64,000 nucleotides of DNA, taken from contig AP026132.1 of NCBI GenBank assembly GCA_030295235.1, forward strand, positions 434,001 to 498,000. The letters run 5' to 3'. Position numbers and translations under genes: made by a program. The stretch comes from Fistulifera solaris (Eukaryota). The stretch's first letter is position 1. Each line of letters begins with the position of its first letter. The notes below the pieces were generated by a model that was not told the DNA's origin, ran no database searches, and worked only from the letters and a program-made list of their open reading frames with translations. Positions 12,101-23,682 of the stretch are shown piece by piece.

Positions 12101-15100
12101 CTTGCTCGATTTGTTGCTAACAAAACTATTTGCCACCGACTGTCATCCTCCGAATTAGAAGAAGATCGATCATTATCGTCGGATGAAGACTTTGAGAAGG
12201 TTTCAATCTGTGCTGGAAGATCGAAGCCTAGATACACGATACATGTTGCCGCATGGGATGTGTCGTCTAAAGCCAAGTCGCAGTTCACCTGGCTTCAGTT
12301 TGCTGTTGCAATTACTCAGACTGGTGTGATTCTTGGTTATTTCAGTCGCTCGACGGCATATCTAGGCCTTTGGGTTGCGACGCGTGTTCTCCCGAGAAAT
12401 TTAACGGCGTCACGCTTTAAGCAATTGCATGAGCTTTTTGTGCAAAGCTCTTTCAGCGCACTGCTTGCTTTGCATACTTTTTGTGGCTATTCCAAGAACC
12501 AATGTGGAAGGTTTCGTCGGTTTCTCGATCTACCCGTTCTTTTCTTTCCTTTCATGAATTCATCGTTCTGTTTTTCTTCCAACTTGATACCTCCTCCGGA
12601 TTTTGATGGTGAACGATATATGATGATCTGCCTATCAAGTGCGTCGCGCTTTTTACAGCGGGAACGGGTAGAAAATGCGATCCTGAAGGGGGCAGACATG
12701 CAAGTCGCAGGGAATGAACAGTGCTCTTGGATTCAAGCTTGGTTTTGGGCTTTCACACAGCCAAAGGGTTCGATCGCTATCAGGGCGGTGGCCGCTTTGT
12801 TGAACACACTTTTATGTTCAATATTCAGTAGTGTGATTGTTGATTTGGGGAGTATATGCGACGTTCTACGTGACCTGAAAAAGACTCAGAACACAAGGAT
12901 AATCCTAGCTCCGACACACCGATCATTTTTCGACTTCTTGCTACTGAGTTATGTATGCTTCGCGCTTCCAGAATTGGGTGTTGATGTACCTTTTATCGTT
13001 TCTGCGGATAGTTTTGAGCGGCTCCCCGTGCTTGGAATTGTGGCGAAACTTCTTGGTGCGGTCTTTGTAAGACGAAATCGTGGTCGCATTGACCCTTCAC
13101 TCGAAGCGAGTTTGAATGAGTTACCAGCAAGTTCAGTCATTGAAGTCTTCATTGAGGGCACTAGAAGTCGAGACAGGAGATTTGTGCGCCCTAAAACCGG
13201 TGTCCTCCGCTGCCTATCGGCAAAGAGTCAGAATTATTGCATTATCCCGATAACAATATCCTATGAAAGGATACCAGAGCAGTGTTCCTTAGTCGAGGAA
13301 ATCCGGAATGCTTCGCCTAATGATTTAAGTACCCAGGGTTTGTTCTCATGGGCATATGTAAGTGTCGTTGCCTGTGGCAATGTGTCATCGTCGTCGCTAA
13401 CACCCCATACCCTACGCACCCGTTCCACAGGCGGCCTTCAGCGGAAAAGTTCGGCTTGGCAAAGCTTGGCTCTCGGCTTGCGACGCAGTTACACTTTCCA
13501 GCACAGAGGATAAGAATATTGAGGATTTAGTGATCGAGGTTCAACGACGACAGGCATCTCAGGTGCTGCTATCTTCATACCATGTATCAGCCCTTGCTCA
13601 TCTTCTTGAACTTACCCCGTCAATTGTCAAGGAAGCTCTCTCCGAGCTGGGTTGTAGGTTGTGGTTGCGGGAAGAAGGTTATACTCCTTCGATTCCTTCT
13701 GATCAGGACGAACTCTGGACCGTAGCCCTTCAGGCTAGTGCGTGCCTTGCACCATTATTTTATGAGTCAAGATCCCTATGGGCCCAGTGGCTCTTTTGCA
13801 CGTTGAAGACACTGTGGACAAAACAATTGTTGATAAAACTTCTGTTTCCGCTGTGACACTGGCTTTGCAGCGTCACTTTGACGAGGCAACGGAGTGCGTG
13901 AAAGATGCTTTAGCGCATCTTAAAACGAACGGTTTTCCAAACCCCGAAGCCAATCATGTTCTTCACTTTATATCAACGAAGAAGAGGTGTCCAGTAGCTT
14001 TGGCTAAAGCTGCAATATCACACGAGTTTGGCATTAAGTTCCAGACTGACGAAAACGCTCCTCCGTTTCTCACGAAAATACCGAAGATGAATCAAGCAAG
14101 TCTTTCCTCGGGAGAGCGACTAGGCTTTTGGGGATTTAGCGACTCATTTTTTGTCATCAAGCCATATGAAAGCGGCGGAGCTTACGTCACAATGGCTGGA
14201 AATAGATATTCCTTTGCTGGAAGACAGATCGGTAAACTTATTCCATTTCTCCAACGAGAAACGGGGTTATCAATCGACCTCCTTAATGAAGCATTCCAAA
14301 ATGTTGCAACTGCCAGTGGATCTTCTTTGTCTGCTCTTTCTTCAGAAAACAAAGTATTCTTGGAGAAAATTTCCCGGAAAGTGTCGTACGAAGACAGCGA
14401 GCTAATTCGACATGGAACTGGTCACTCATTGGCGGACATTTGGGACGTACGCAACGGATCTGTTGGCCGAGTCCCTGATGCTGTTGTGTGGCCTTCCTCC
14501 GAAGGTCAAGTGGTAGAACTTATTCGCATGGCCCGATCCCGAAATTGGTGTTTGATTCCTTTTGGTGGGGGTACAAGTGTGTCTCAAGCAACAAAGTGCC
14601 CAAGTATCGAAGTTGACCCTAGACCAATAATATCTGTCGACATGACCGAAATGCGAAGAGTTTTGGCTGTTGACGAAGAAAATGAAGTCGCACATGTCGA
14701 GTGTGGAATTACTGGGAAAGAGCTTGTCCAAGAGATGAAGCGGCTTGGATATACAATAGGTCACCAACCAGACAGCTACGAATTTAGCACGCTTGGAGGC
14801 TGGATCGCCACGAAAGCCAGCGGCATGAAGAGAAACAAGTATGGGAATATTGAAGACATTGTTATTTCAGTGCGTGTTGCTGGTCCAGAAGGAATTATGG
14901 CCCATGGTAACCGAGGGGGTGATTTTCCGGTATGGGGACGTGAAGCTACGGGCTTGGAACTACTTAGCGTCGTCCTTGGTTCCGAGGGGTGTCTTGGAAT
15001 TATTACGAGTGCCGTGATACGGATTTGGCCGCTATCAAAAGTGGAAGATTATGACAGCGTTTTGCTACCCTCTTTTGATCACGGGCTATCTTTTGTTCGC

Positions 15101-15871
15101 GACGTACAAAGATTGGGGTCTTGTTGCCCAGCCAGTATTCGACTCCTGGACAACGATCACTTTCGATTAGGACGGGCTTTGCGAGCCAATCCGGTTTCCA
15201 TGCTACAATCTTTGCGACAAAGTGCTGGTGAATTTTACTTGAAACGACAAGACTTTGACTTCATGTCAACTGTATGTACAACCATCCTTTATGAAGGATC
15301 ACGCGAAGAAGTTGATTCACAAAAGCAAATGTTGAAGAAACTGATAAGTCGTCATGGTGGTTTTAGTTTGGGTGCAGCTGTGGGAGAACAAGGCTACAAT
15401 TTTACCTTTCTCATCGCTTATCTTCGCGATTTTGCGCTCACGTACAATTTTCTAGGAGACTCATTTGAGAGCTTTGTGCCATGGTCGAAAATTAGAACTG
15501 TGGTCGATTCTGTAAAAGATCGCATACGAAGGGAGCATGCAAAACGGTGTCTACCTGGATCTCCTTTCATTGGATGCCGTGTGACACAGTTGTACCACGA
15601 GGGTGCTTGTTTGTATTTTTACTTCTCGATGAGCAGTGCAAACGTTACAAACCCGAGTCGCGTCTTCATGGATATCGAGCATGCTGCCCGGGAAGAGATT
15701 CTACGACTTGGTGGCTCGCTCAGCCATCATCATGGGATCGGCAAAGCGCGTTCCGCTTTTCTCGATGACATTGACTCGCCAGAATGGATCAATGCAAAGC
15801 AAAGCGTCAAACGGGCTCTCGACCCAGACAACATATTTGGGGCACAAAATTGTGGCTTTTCTGCGCGTTAA
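9129..15871 (+). CDS. Putative single multidomain ether-lipid synthase: ACBP + DegT-type PLP aminotransferase + TM + fatty acyl-CoA reductase + DHAP/G3P acyltransferase + alkyl-DHAP synthase (~2,200 aa)
   Basis: Four same-strand ORFs joined by a -1 shift at 11219-11291, a phase-0 intron at 13358-13430 and a -1 shift at ~13795. All catalytic motifs are present (see sub-features). Confidence 0.75.
9190..9435 (+). other. Acyl-CoA-binding (ACBP) domain
   Basis: KLKLYGLFKRVKNGPC..PP......AKHKAW......S..EAM..YI.LV matches the ACBP consensus. Confidence 0.9.
9620..10865 (+). other. DegT/DnrJ/EryC1/StrS-type PLP-dependent aminotransferase domain
   Basis: AITDKTVAIMVVHIFG, LMEDCAE (PLP Asp), DLVLFSFGFIKTATALGGG (PLP Lys), AYWLFPV, LPM. 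Confidence 0.85.
11275..12650 (+). other. Fatty acyl-CoA reductase (NAD_binding_4 / male-sterility-type SDR) domain
   Basis: SVLLTGVTGFVGSTIL (TGxxGxxG, upstream of the ORF-track start), HVYNCAATVSF, FVHISTAFV, NAYQLSKCVAE (YxxxK), IIRPSIV, IPVD. Confidence 0.9.
12700..13800 (+). other. GNPAT/GPAT-like (PlsB/PlsC-family) acyltransferase domain, interrupted by intron 13358-13430
   Basis: ILAPTHRSFFDFLL (HxxxxD), GAVFVRR, FIEGTRSR, IIPITISYE; intron gtaagt...gctaac...cacag restores the frame. Confidence 0.88.
14110..15871 (+). other. AGPS: Alkyldihydroxyacetonephosphate synthase (FAD-linked) domain
   Basis: PDAVVWP, PFGGGTSV, GHQPDSYEFSTLGGWIATKASGMKRNKYGNIED, GSEGCLGIIT, CRVTQLYHEGACLYFYF, SHHHGIG, LDPDNIF. 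Confidence 0.95.
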
Positions 15872-16490
15872 GTGCGGTATTTACAGAACTAGCTGAGTAC
15901 GAGTTTCGGTTGATATAGCTGTCATAATTCTGTGAGGTTCCAAAGGTTTTGCTCATGGAAGCCTTTAGCAAGGCGCCAATGTAGAGAGCAGCTTTGCCAT
16001 AGTTTATTACCGGTTGTCTCTAGTTTACCAGGGTTGACCAGGGTTATGGTTTTCCAGTCAAGGTTCTTCATTCGGTTTTGTCACATCTGCTGTCGGTCCG
16101 GTATCATCAGTCTAAAGGTGGAAACTATGAATTTTCAAAAATCTCGCTCCATTTAGGACAGGTCACGCGGTGACACCAAGTACTTAGAAAACTTGCCTAT
16201 GCCGGCGTAATATTCATATACAAAGCTGTTGATTGAGGAACATTTCAACATTTCATGGGTCTCACGAAACGACACTCGCTTCCCTCATCGTTTTTTCTTT
16301 TGATCTTTTGGTTGCTTGCACATCATCGAGGCAAAACCTGTTCCTTTATTTCATTGATTACTTAGGCTAGTTCTTTATCGTTCTGTTATAGTTGCAAACT
16401 CTTTTCAAAGGAAAAGTGATGCTTGGCTCTAAGACTGTAAGTGTTATCTGGCGCGAATCCGTATCAATTATAGTGAGAGAACCTCAACTA

Positions 16491-19400
16491 ATGTCTGTCT
16501 CGTTTGCCTCAGCCTCCTCGACGTCAAGACGGCCGTCGTTTCGGAACTCTTATTTCGCACAACTCTGTCACTCCGAAAAGAAAGTGAAAGCGAAACTCTC
16601 ACATCGCAAAGCACCCAGACGAGATCATCTTCCTGATTATGTTTCGTACTCCGTCGTCTTCTCACCGGGGCCCATCGGTTTAGAATTGGACGAAGACAGT
16701 CACTCTGCCATTCGCGTGCAGAAGTTTGTTGACGGTGGCTTTCAGAATCCAGGAGCGGCACGAAAGTCGGGAATGATTCAGCCCGGAGATGAGGTCATTG
16801 CAGTGAACGGGCAACCGGTATCATCGTATGAACAGACTCTTGAGCTACTACAAGAGCAGACTGTTACACGAGAAATGACATTCAGACGTCCATGTAATAA
16901 GTCGATCATGAGTTCTCCTCCTAAAACGACGGGTCGAATCGGTCGCACCATTCAGGTCACTCCAAATCCTTCTTTGATGTCGTTGAGAGCCGTCGAAAGT
17001 GAGCCTCGTAAAATCGCTTCCGAAAGCAACAGAGCGGATAATCTACTTTCGCCTGCCCATGTCAAGGCACTTCCGCAGCAAAGTCGAGTCGTATTTGGCA
17101 AGAATAAACGAGCTGCCCTGCAAAGATTGTTGATACGGTCGCCGGCGTCGTACCGCTACGAAATTATGGTATCGGATCTATGCAACGCAGCACCCTCGAA
17201 TCGTCGCGATCGGACGGCAATAAAGAGTTGCGGTCGGCATTCGAGCAAAAGTATGATTTGCTGCAAGAATTAAGTCAAGCACGGATTGCGCTGCATCAGC
17301 AACAGGAATTGATTGATCAGCAAAATTTTCATGTCAAAGCGGAGAGACAGCGAATGGAAGAGGAGCTGATAATATCTCGCAGAGAGAAACAAATGGCCGA
17401 GGCTTCTCTGGCAGCCTACCGGAACACCCTTCAAAAACAGCAGACTGATGAGATCGAACAATGGAAGTTGGCGTTTGAAGATGTTTGTGCTCAAAATGAT
17501 CGAATGCGACAGGAGATGACTCTCATGGAGGGAATGGGACCGGGAAGTGAACGTCGAGATCACGAAGCATCTACACTCCACCTCTCCTCATTTGAAAACA
17601 CAAAAGTTCAGTATTTCGAGGCATCGGATTCTTTGTTGCAGCGAGATGTAGAGATCTACCAAGCTAGGTTAGAGGCAAGCGAACGCCAGCTATATCAAAT
17701 GAACGAAAAGATGGAAGAGCAAGAAAATATTCACAACCGAGAAGTCGCACGCTTGAATGACGTTTTATCAAATAAGATCAGAGCGTTTGACGAAGAAAGG
17801 TCCCGGATGGCTTTGGAAATACGTAGTATGCAGGGATCCCACGAAGCAGAGAAGCGACGAACTTGTGAGGACAAAGAGGCGCTGAAGAATAATCTGCATG
17901 ATCTACTTGCTTCTCTACGAGAGGACAGGGAGAGAGCCGAAGCTACTTACCAATCCAGAATCGAAGCCTTGGAAAATCAGCTCGAGACTCGAATGTCTTT
18001 GTTGGACGAACGAAATGACGAGATAAGCCGTTTGACGGATAATATGCAAAGCACTGAGCAGACAATCAGAGATCTTGAAAAGAATCTTGAGTTAGCAGAA
18101 GCAGAGAAGTTGCAGCAGCAGAATTCGATAAATGCTCTTCATAAGGAACTGATCATTTTGCGTGATACCGCTTCAGTAAATCAAGAGAAGTATCAACAAG
18201 AGCTGAATGAATTGTCTGAGAAAACTAAGAAGCAAAGCGAGAGGATCATATCTCAGTCCGAAGAAGCTACCGCAACTGCAAGGCGCCTTCACGACCTAGA
18301 AAATAAGTTGAACGAGACGATGACGAAGAAGGTCGACTGTGAGAAGAATCTTGCTGCTGCTTCGGCAAGGGTAGGGCAACTCGAAGAGGAACTACTCACG
18401 TGGCCATCTCGAGAGGCTATGGTTCGTAAGGAGGAAGAAGAACGCTTTGAAGTCCTGCTTGGAAGAGAAGGCAATTTTTGAAGCCAATCTTGCGGAGGCT
18501 AGAGGAGAGGCCGCAGAGATCGCACAAAAATGCACATCCCTTGAGTCTTCGAGGTCGATTTCCCAGCATGAAATTGTGTCTCTTCGACGTCTAAACGAGG
18601 AGTTGACAGACCAAATGGAAGAGCTTCGCAAAGCTTTAGAGGGTACAGAGGTACAGCTTTCTAAAAAAACGAGTAGAGGTTTCAAAGCGGGACGATGAGT
18701 TGCAGGATGTTCGAGACTCATTGTTTCGAGTCGAGGAGGAACTGACTAGCTGCAAATCAAGCTTGGAAGCAGCACATTCACAGTATTCTGATTTGAGTGC
18801 CCTCTTCTCGAAAACGAACGAATCTTATACTACTACCAGAGAAGAAATGAATTCCAAAATCGTGGAGCTGACCGAAGAATGCTCCTCTCTTCGTTCTCAA
18901 AAAGCGACAATGGAGACCATTCTCAGGTCAATTCGCAAGAGTGCATCTGAATCAGAAGATCGGTGCTCCCGACTGCGCTTAGAGTTACAGCGAGAGCGAG
19001 AGGACGCACTTGCCAAAGCGAAAGTGTCAGAACAAACGGTTGCTCTATCTCAAGAAGCTCTGTCTTCAGTCGAAGCGAAGTACTATGGATTGCTTCAGGA
19101 AAAGTCGCGTTTAGAAGAGCAGCTATCCACTATCAAGGAAGTCAACAGTTTACTCGAAGATGAGGTAAAATGCTTACAAAAGAAGAATGCACACACAGAG
19201 AGTGAAATTCAGAGTTGGAGGGCGGCGTACTATGCCGAGCGCCAGGAACTTGAGACAAACCTTGAATCCGCACAGGAGAATTGCAAGATACTTTCCAAAT
19301 CGTTGAAAGATGCAGAGTTGGAGGCGAGTAAATTGAAGAAAGAATTGAAAGAGCAGAACGAAATCTTCTTGGATCAAAAACAGCGCTACGAAGCGGATAT

Positions 19401-22400
19401 GGAAGTAGTTTCGAGGAAGCAAATTGCTCTACTTTCTGAAAAGGAGAGCGAGCTTGACAAGCTGCGTGCGTCCGTGAGAGAGACCGAGAGACTACGACAT
19501 GAGTTGCAAGACCAAGAAGATCAGCTAGCATGTGCTCTTTCTGACGTGAGACAACTTGAGAGCACTGTAGAGAAGCTCCGATGCGACGTGATACAAAAAT
19601 CTGCTTTGGAAGATAGTCGAAATGCCGAAGCTCAGAAAGCGAAAGCTGAAGTTGCAGAGTGCGAAGCAAGACTTGCGGAGTGCACAGAGCAGCTTAAATT
19701 ACTTCAATGCGAGATTCATCAACGAAACGTTGATATCGCAGTCGTTAGACGGGAGAAAGATCAGCTCCTCGGCGAAAAAGTGAAACTTATGAAATCGCTC
19801 CGTGAAGCAGAGGATGATTTGTGCCAATTGCGTCATGAACTTGAGATTGCAAGAATGGAGCAACATAACCTCTCTACCGATTCTTTAAACGACGACTATT
19901 CGGGTTTATCAAGGGATGAACTGAAACAAATGTGCGTATCCTTTCAAGAGGATATGAGAGTGCTTGAACGGCGGGCGTCAGAGGCAATGGACGATTCTAC
20001 CAGGCGTCAAAACCAAGTAAACCGGCTGGTCGAAGACATAGCATTGCTTTCCTCAGAAGTCGAGAAATTAGTTGAGGCCAACGAAAAACTGAACGAACAC
20101 CTTTCGAAATTAAATTCGGAAAAGTCCAAGTCCTTTCTTTTGAAAGAATCACTTGAGCAAAAAACGAAGGGCCTCGAAGATGAACTAGCGGCTACCCAAG
20201 GCGAGCTACATAACCAGCGTCGAATCAATGAGTCGCTATCTGAATCCATTACTGGGCTGCGCCAGCAAATCAATGCAGCCACGGTCAAGCAGAACTTTCG
20301 CGAACAGCAGTACAAAGAAGAGATTGAATTTTTGAAGCAATCCGTTTCTGAAACGGAAAAGAAGAAGACGTCTGCAGAGAACGAAATATTACGGCTTTCG
20401 ACAGAAGTCCAAAATTTGAAGCAAGATATTGATGCTAGCTTGATCAAAACAAGAGATACTGAACGGGCCCTCTCTGCAAAGAACCTCGAGTACGAAGAGT
20501 ATAAAAAAGCACAGGATGGAGTGGTTACTGAGATGAACCAAGAAATTTCCCGCTGTGAGAACCGATCGACAACGTTAAAAAGCGAATGTAACGTGTTACG
20601 TCGCCGCGTAACGGAACTGGAAATGGAAGGTCAATCTCAAAGAAGCCTTATTGAAAAGCTCAGCGAAAGCGAATTAAATAAGGACTCAACTTTGTCACGT
20701 TACTCCGATGACATTGAAGAAATGAAGAAAGAACATAAAACGCTGTCAGCTGCCCTATTTGATGTCCAACGCTTAGCGTCAGAACGTGAAGCGAAAATTG
20801 AACAACTCGAAAGACAAGTGGCAGGATCGGATGCAACCATATCCACTCTTTCCCAACAAGTGGAAAAATATAAGGATACGCTAAAAAAGTTTGAGTCTTC
20901 GGCTGAGACGAGTGGGAATTACAGAAGCCAAGAAGTTCAAGAGATTGAGTCAAGGTGTTCCCTACTGGAGAAAGAACGCGAGTCCTTAACGCATGAAATA
21001 TCTTGCTTGCGGGGCGATCTCCGAAAAACCCGCAATGACCTCCATGAGTCGGAAATGATGTATAAGTCTTTAAAAAGTCGTCACGACAACATGAAGGCTT
21101 CAATGGATTCGTCCAAGACAGAGCTTATACAAGCTCGCGAATTGAAAGAAGAAGCTGCATTGGAGGCAAGAAAGTCAGTCACAGAGCTTGAAAATAAGCA
21201 GATGGAACTGGATCAATTTCGAACTCAAGTCAAGTTGCTCACAGCCACGATTTCTAGAATGAAAGCAGATTATGCCATGTTACAAGAATCAGCTGTTCAA
21301 AATGAATTGAAGGCTGCTGCATCAGTGCAAGCTCAGGCGGAAATTAACAAACTAAAAGCGGAACTCCGGAAAACAAAAGCAAAGCTTGACTCCGTAGCTG
21401 CGTACCAGACAAACGAAACGGCTAGTTCCCCGGACACATTTGAAGAACAGCTGTTGCAATTCATAGAAGATGTTATTCAAGAAGCAGATTCTGTATTCCA
21501 GGACATCTTACGACATTCGAACATTGTTTGTGACTTGTCGTTAACGAAGTCAAATGACTTTACTGCTCTAGATCTAGCAACGTCCTCTACGCGACAAACC
21601 AAACTAGAAAACGTCAGAGAAAGCATGGATAGTCTTTCCTTAATTATACCAAAAGCCATATCCTATCTTAACGAGAAGCTCGAATTGGTACAGGAGTGGA
21701 AGAAGCATCGTCAAAGTCACACGGAAGCCAAGACGCCGAGAAGGAAGAATAAAACAAGCAAAGAAGCCTCTTCCCCGATCCTTGAGACTTTAGAAAAAAT
21801 GAAGGCTGTTATTACAGAGGATCTGATGAGCCCCATCCGAGAAAGTAGCCCTCACATCAGTCGTCCCGACCCTGAAATCCTTCAAAAAGTAATTATTTCC
21901 CTCGAAGACCAGATTGACAGTTTGCTTTCAGATTTGAAGGCAGCGAATGACGCCCTTCGCGCAAAGGAACAGCTTTTTGCGGACCTCGAAAACCTCGTTC
22001 ATCATCACGAGACAGAACGTGATATCCTTGAACGGAAGCTTGAATCAATGAGCGCACGTCTTCAAGAAGAGGAAGGACTAGATATAGCGTCTGTAGGCGA
22101 GATGAGTGTAGGTGCTACATCTTCACGCGACAGTAGTGCACAGAAGCTGGCAATTCAGTTGGCTTCCAAGGTGATGAATGGAGACAGACAGATGAGACTT
22201 GCTTTGGCATTCCAACACTGGTCAACTTTCACAGCTACGTCGCGTGATGTATCGATGCACAGTCAGGCGGCATCGGCACTAGTACAAGAACTCGAAACGA
22301 CAAGAGAGAAACTAGCGATCTTGAAAAAGCATCTGAAGAAAAGTCGCCGGGGTCGTGAGCCGACACTCGATCGCATCATTGAAGGCTTCGTAGTAGAATC

Positions 22401-22407
22401 ATCGTAA
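16491..22407 (+). CDS. Very long coiled-coil protein with N-terminal PDZ domain; three frameshifts (~17160, ~18470, ~18665)
   Basis: GPIGLEL...IQPGDEVIAVNG PDZ motif followed by ~1,600 aa of E/K/L/Q-rich heptad sequence in overlapping ORFs. Confidence 0.75.
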
Positions 22408-22444
22408 GAGCTCACTTTGACCTAAAAAATACATATTACTATAT

Positions 22445-23152
22445 TTAGCTATCTTTTGTCTTTTGAATTGTCGCCGGTCCTTGTATACTGTTGAGGCAAG
22501 CCAATCTTGCGGCAGGAAACTTTGCTAACTTTTGATCCTCATACTCGGATCGCTCCGCCCATCCTTCACTCTCGAGGATATCCACAGCACAAAACGTACA
22601 AGTTCCACCTCCACCGCAATTACCTAGCTTCTGTTTCATCCCCTGATATACCTCCACACCGTTATTGAGCATCACTTTTCTCAGATTATCTCCTACAGCG
22701 GCTTTCATTTCGAGTTCGCGCCCTTCACTGAGGAACTTGATTGTCACCGGAGTACCCACGGCGTATTCGTCAGTCGGAACACTTGTTGATACAATGAATT
22801 GCAGAGCGACGGTATCGGGAGCGTTCACAAGTTGGTCCATGACGGCATCAAAGTCCATGTTCGACACATCCGTTCCTTGTACAGAGGAAACTTTGGCACC
22901 CTGCAATTGGCTAGCATACTCCAAAGCCGAACCCTCCTCCGCGAGACCCGCGACATACACACCCGCTGCTTTTCCTTCTTCGACTTCTTCCAAAATCAAG
23001 CCTAAAGGTTTGCGGAGTGACAAGGACAAGACTGGTTCCGTACTGACGGCGAAGAATTGGGTGTGGCGACGTGCGGAGTGAAGACGGCTCACGAACGCGT
23101 CCGCCGAAAGAAAACACAACAGGGGTGTTAGCAATTGGAGAAGCCGAATCAT
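22445..23152 (-). CDS. Plastid-targeted PDZ + 2Fe-2S ferredoxin protein
   Basis: Signal peptide ending SADA-F (ASAFAP-like); KPLGLIL PDZ-like domain; NCGGGGTCTFC...RLAC 2Fe-2S ligands. Confidence 0.85.
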   Translation of the reverse strand: MIRLLQLLTPLLCFLSADAFVSRLHSARRHTQFFAVSTEPVLSLSLRKPLGLILEEVEEGKAAGVYVAGLAEEGSALEYASQLQGAKVSSVQGTDVSNMDFDAVMDQLVNAPDTVALQFIVSTSVPTDEYAVGTPVTIKFLSEGRELEMKAAVGDNLRKVMLNNGVEVYQGMKQKLGNCGGGGTCTFCAVDILESEGWAERSEYEDQKLAKFPAARLACLNSIQGPATIQKTKDS

Positions 23153-23276
23153 GTTAGATTGCTGTGTTCAATGAAATAATAATGAGTTGGACTTCACAGA
23201 AAAAGGGAAAGGTAAACGACAACAAGAGGTTCGCCAACGAATGACGCAAGACGAAAGAAACAAGAAACCTTGCCTG

Positions 23277-23308
23277 TGACGTGTGACGACGTGTGACGCG
23301 TCACACGT
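23277..23308. promoter_or_regulatory. TGACG cluster with a 20-bp perfect palindrome in a divergent promoter
   Basis: tgacgtgtgacgacgtgtgacgcgtcacacgt; palindrome acgtgtgacgcgtcacacgt at 23289-23308 lies between two divergent genes. Function is inferred. Confidence 0.45.
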
Positions 23309-23682
23309 TAAACTTTGCGACCGTTCGGTATCAAGCAGCATTATAGCGAACATAAACTCAGAAATGATGGTCACAACAAAACCGCATGACGTGGACCGAC
23401 TCACCTACTTTCAGCATCATACACACTGCAAGGAATCTGTACAGGTAACGTGTCTTGGCATTCCATCCACTCGCAATCTCCTTTCTCGCCACTCGCCACA
23501 CGCACATCATCACAGGCTTCAACTTGTTGCCTCAACGTTCAATAAAACGACGGTGTCGTTCGAGAATCTGTCGAATAACATCTGTTTCATCCAAGCCTTT
23601 CAAGAGATCGTCGCCGCTGATTCATCTCTTATTAGTTTACTCTTGTCAATCCGATCGTCTTCAGCACTATCACACGAGAACG

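Noticed and set aside
11219..13860. Programmed ribosomal frameshifting at the fusion junctions
   Set aside because: No canonical slippery heptamer seen, and similar shifts occur in many housekeeping genes in this window.
15860..15871. PTS1 at the AGPS C-terminus
   Set aside because: The protein ends -SAR, which does not fit the (S/A/C)(K/R/H)(L/M) consensus.
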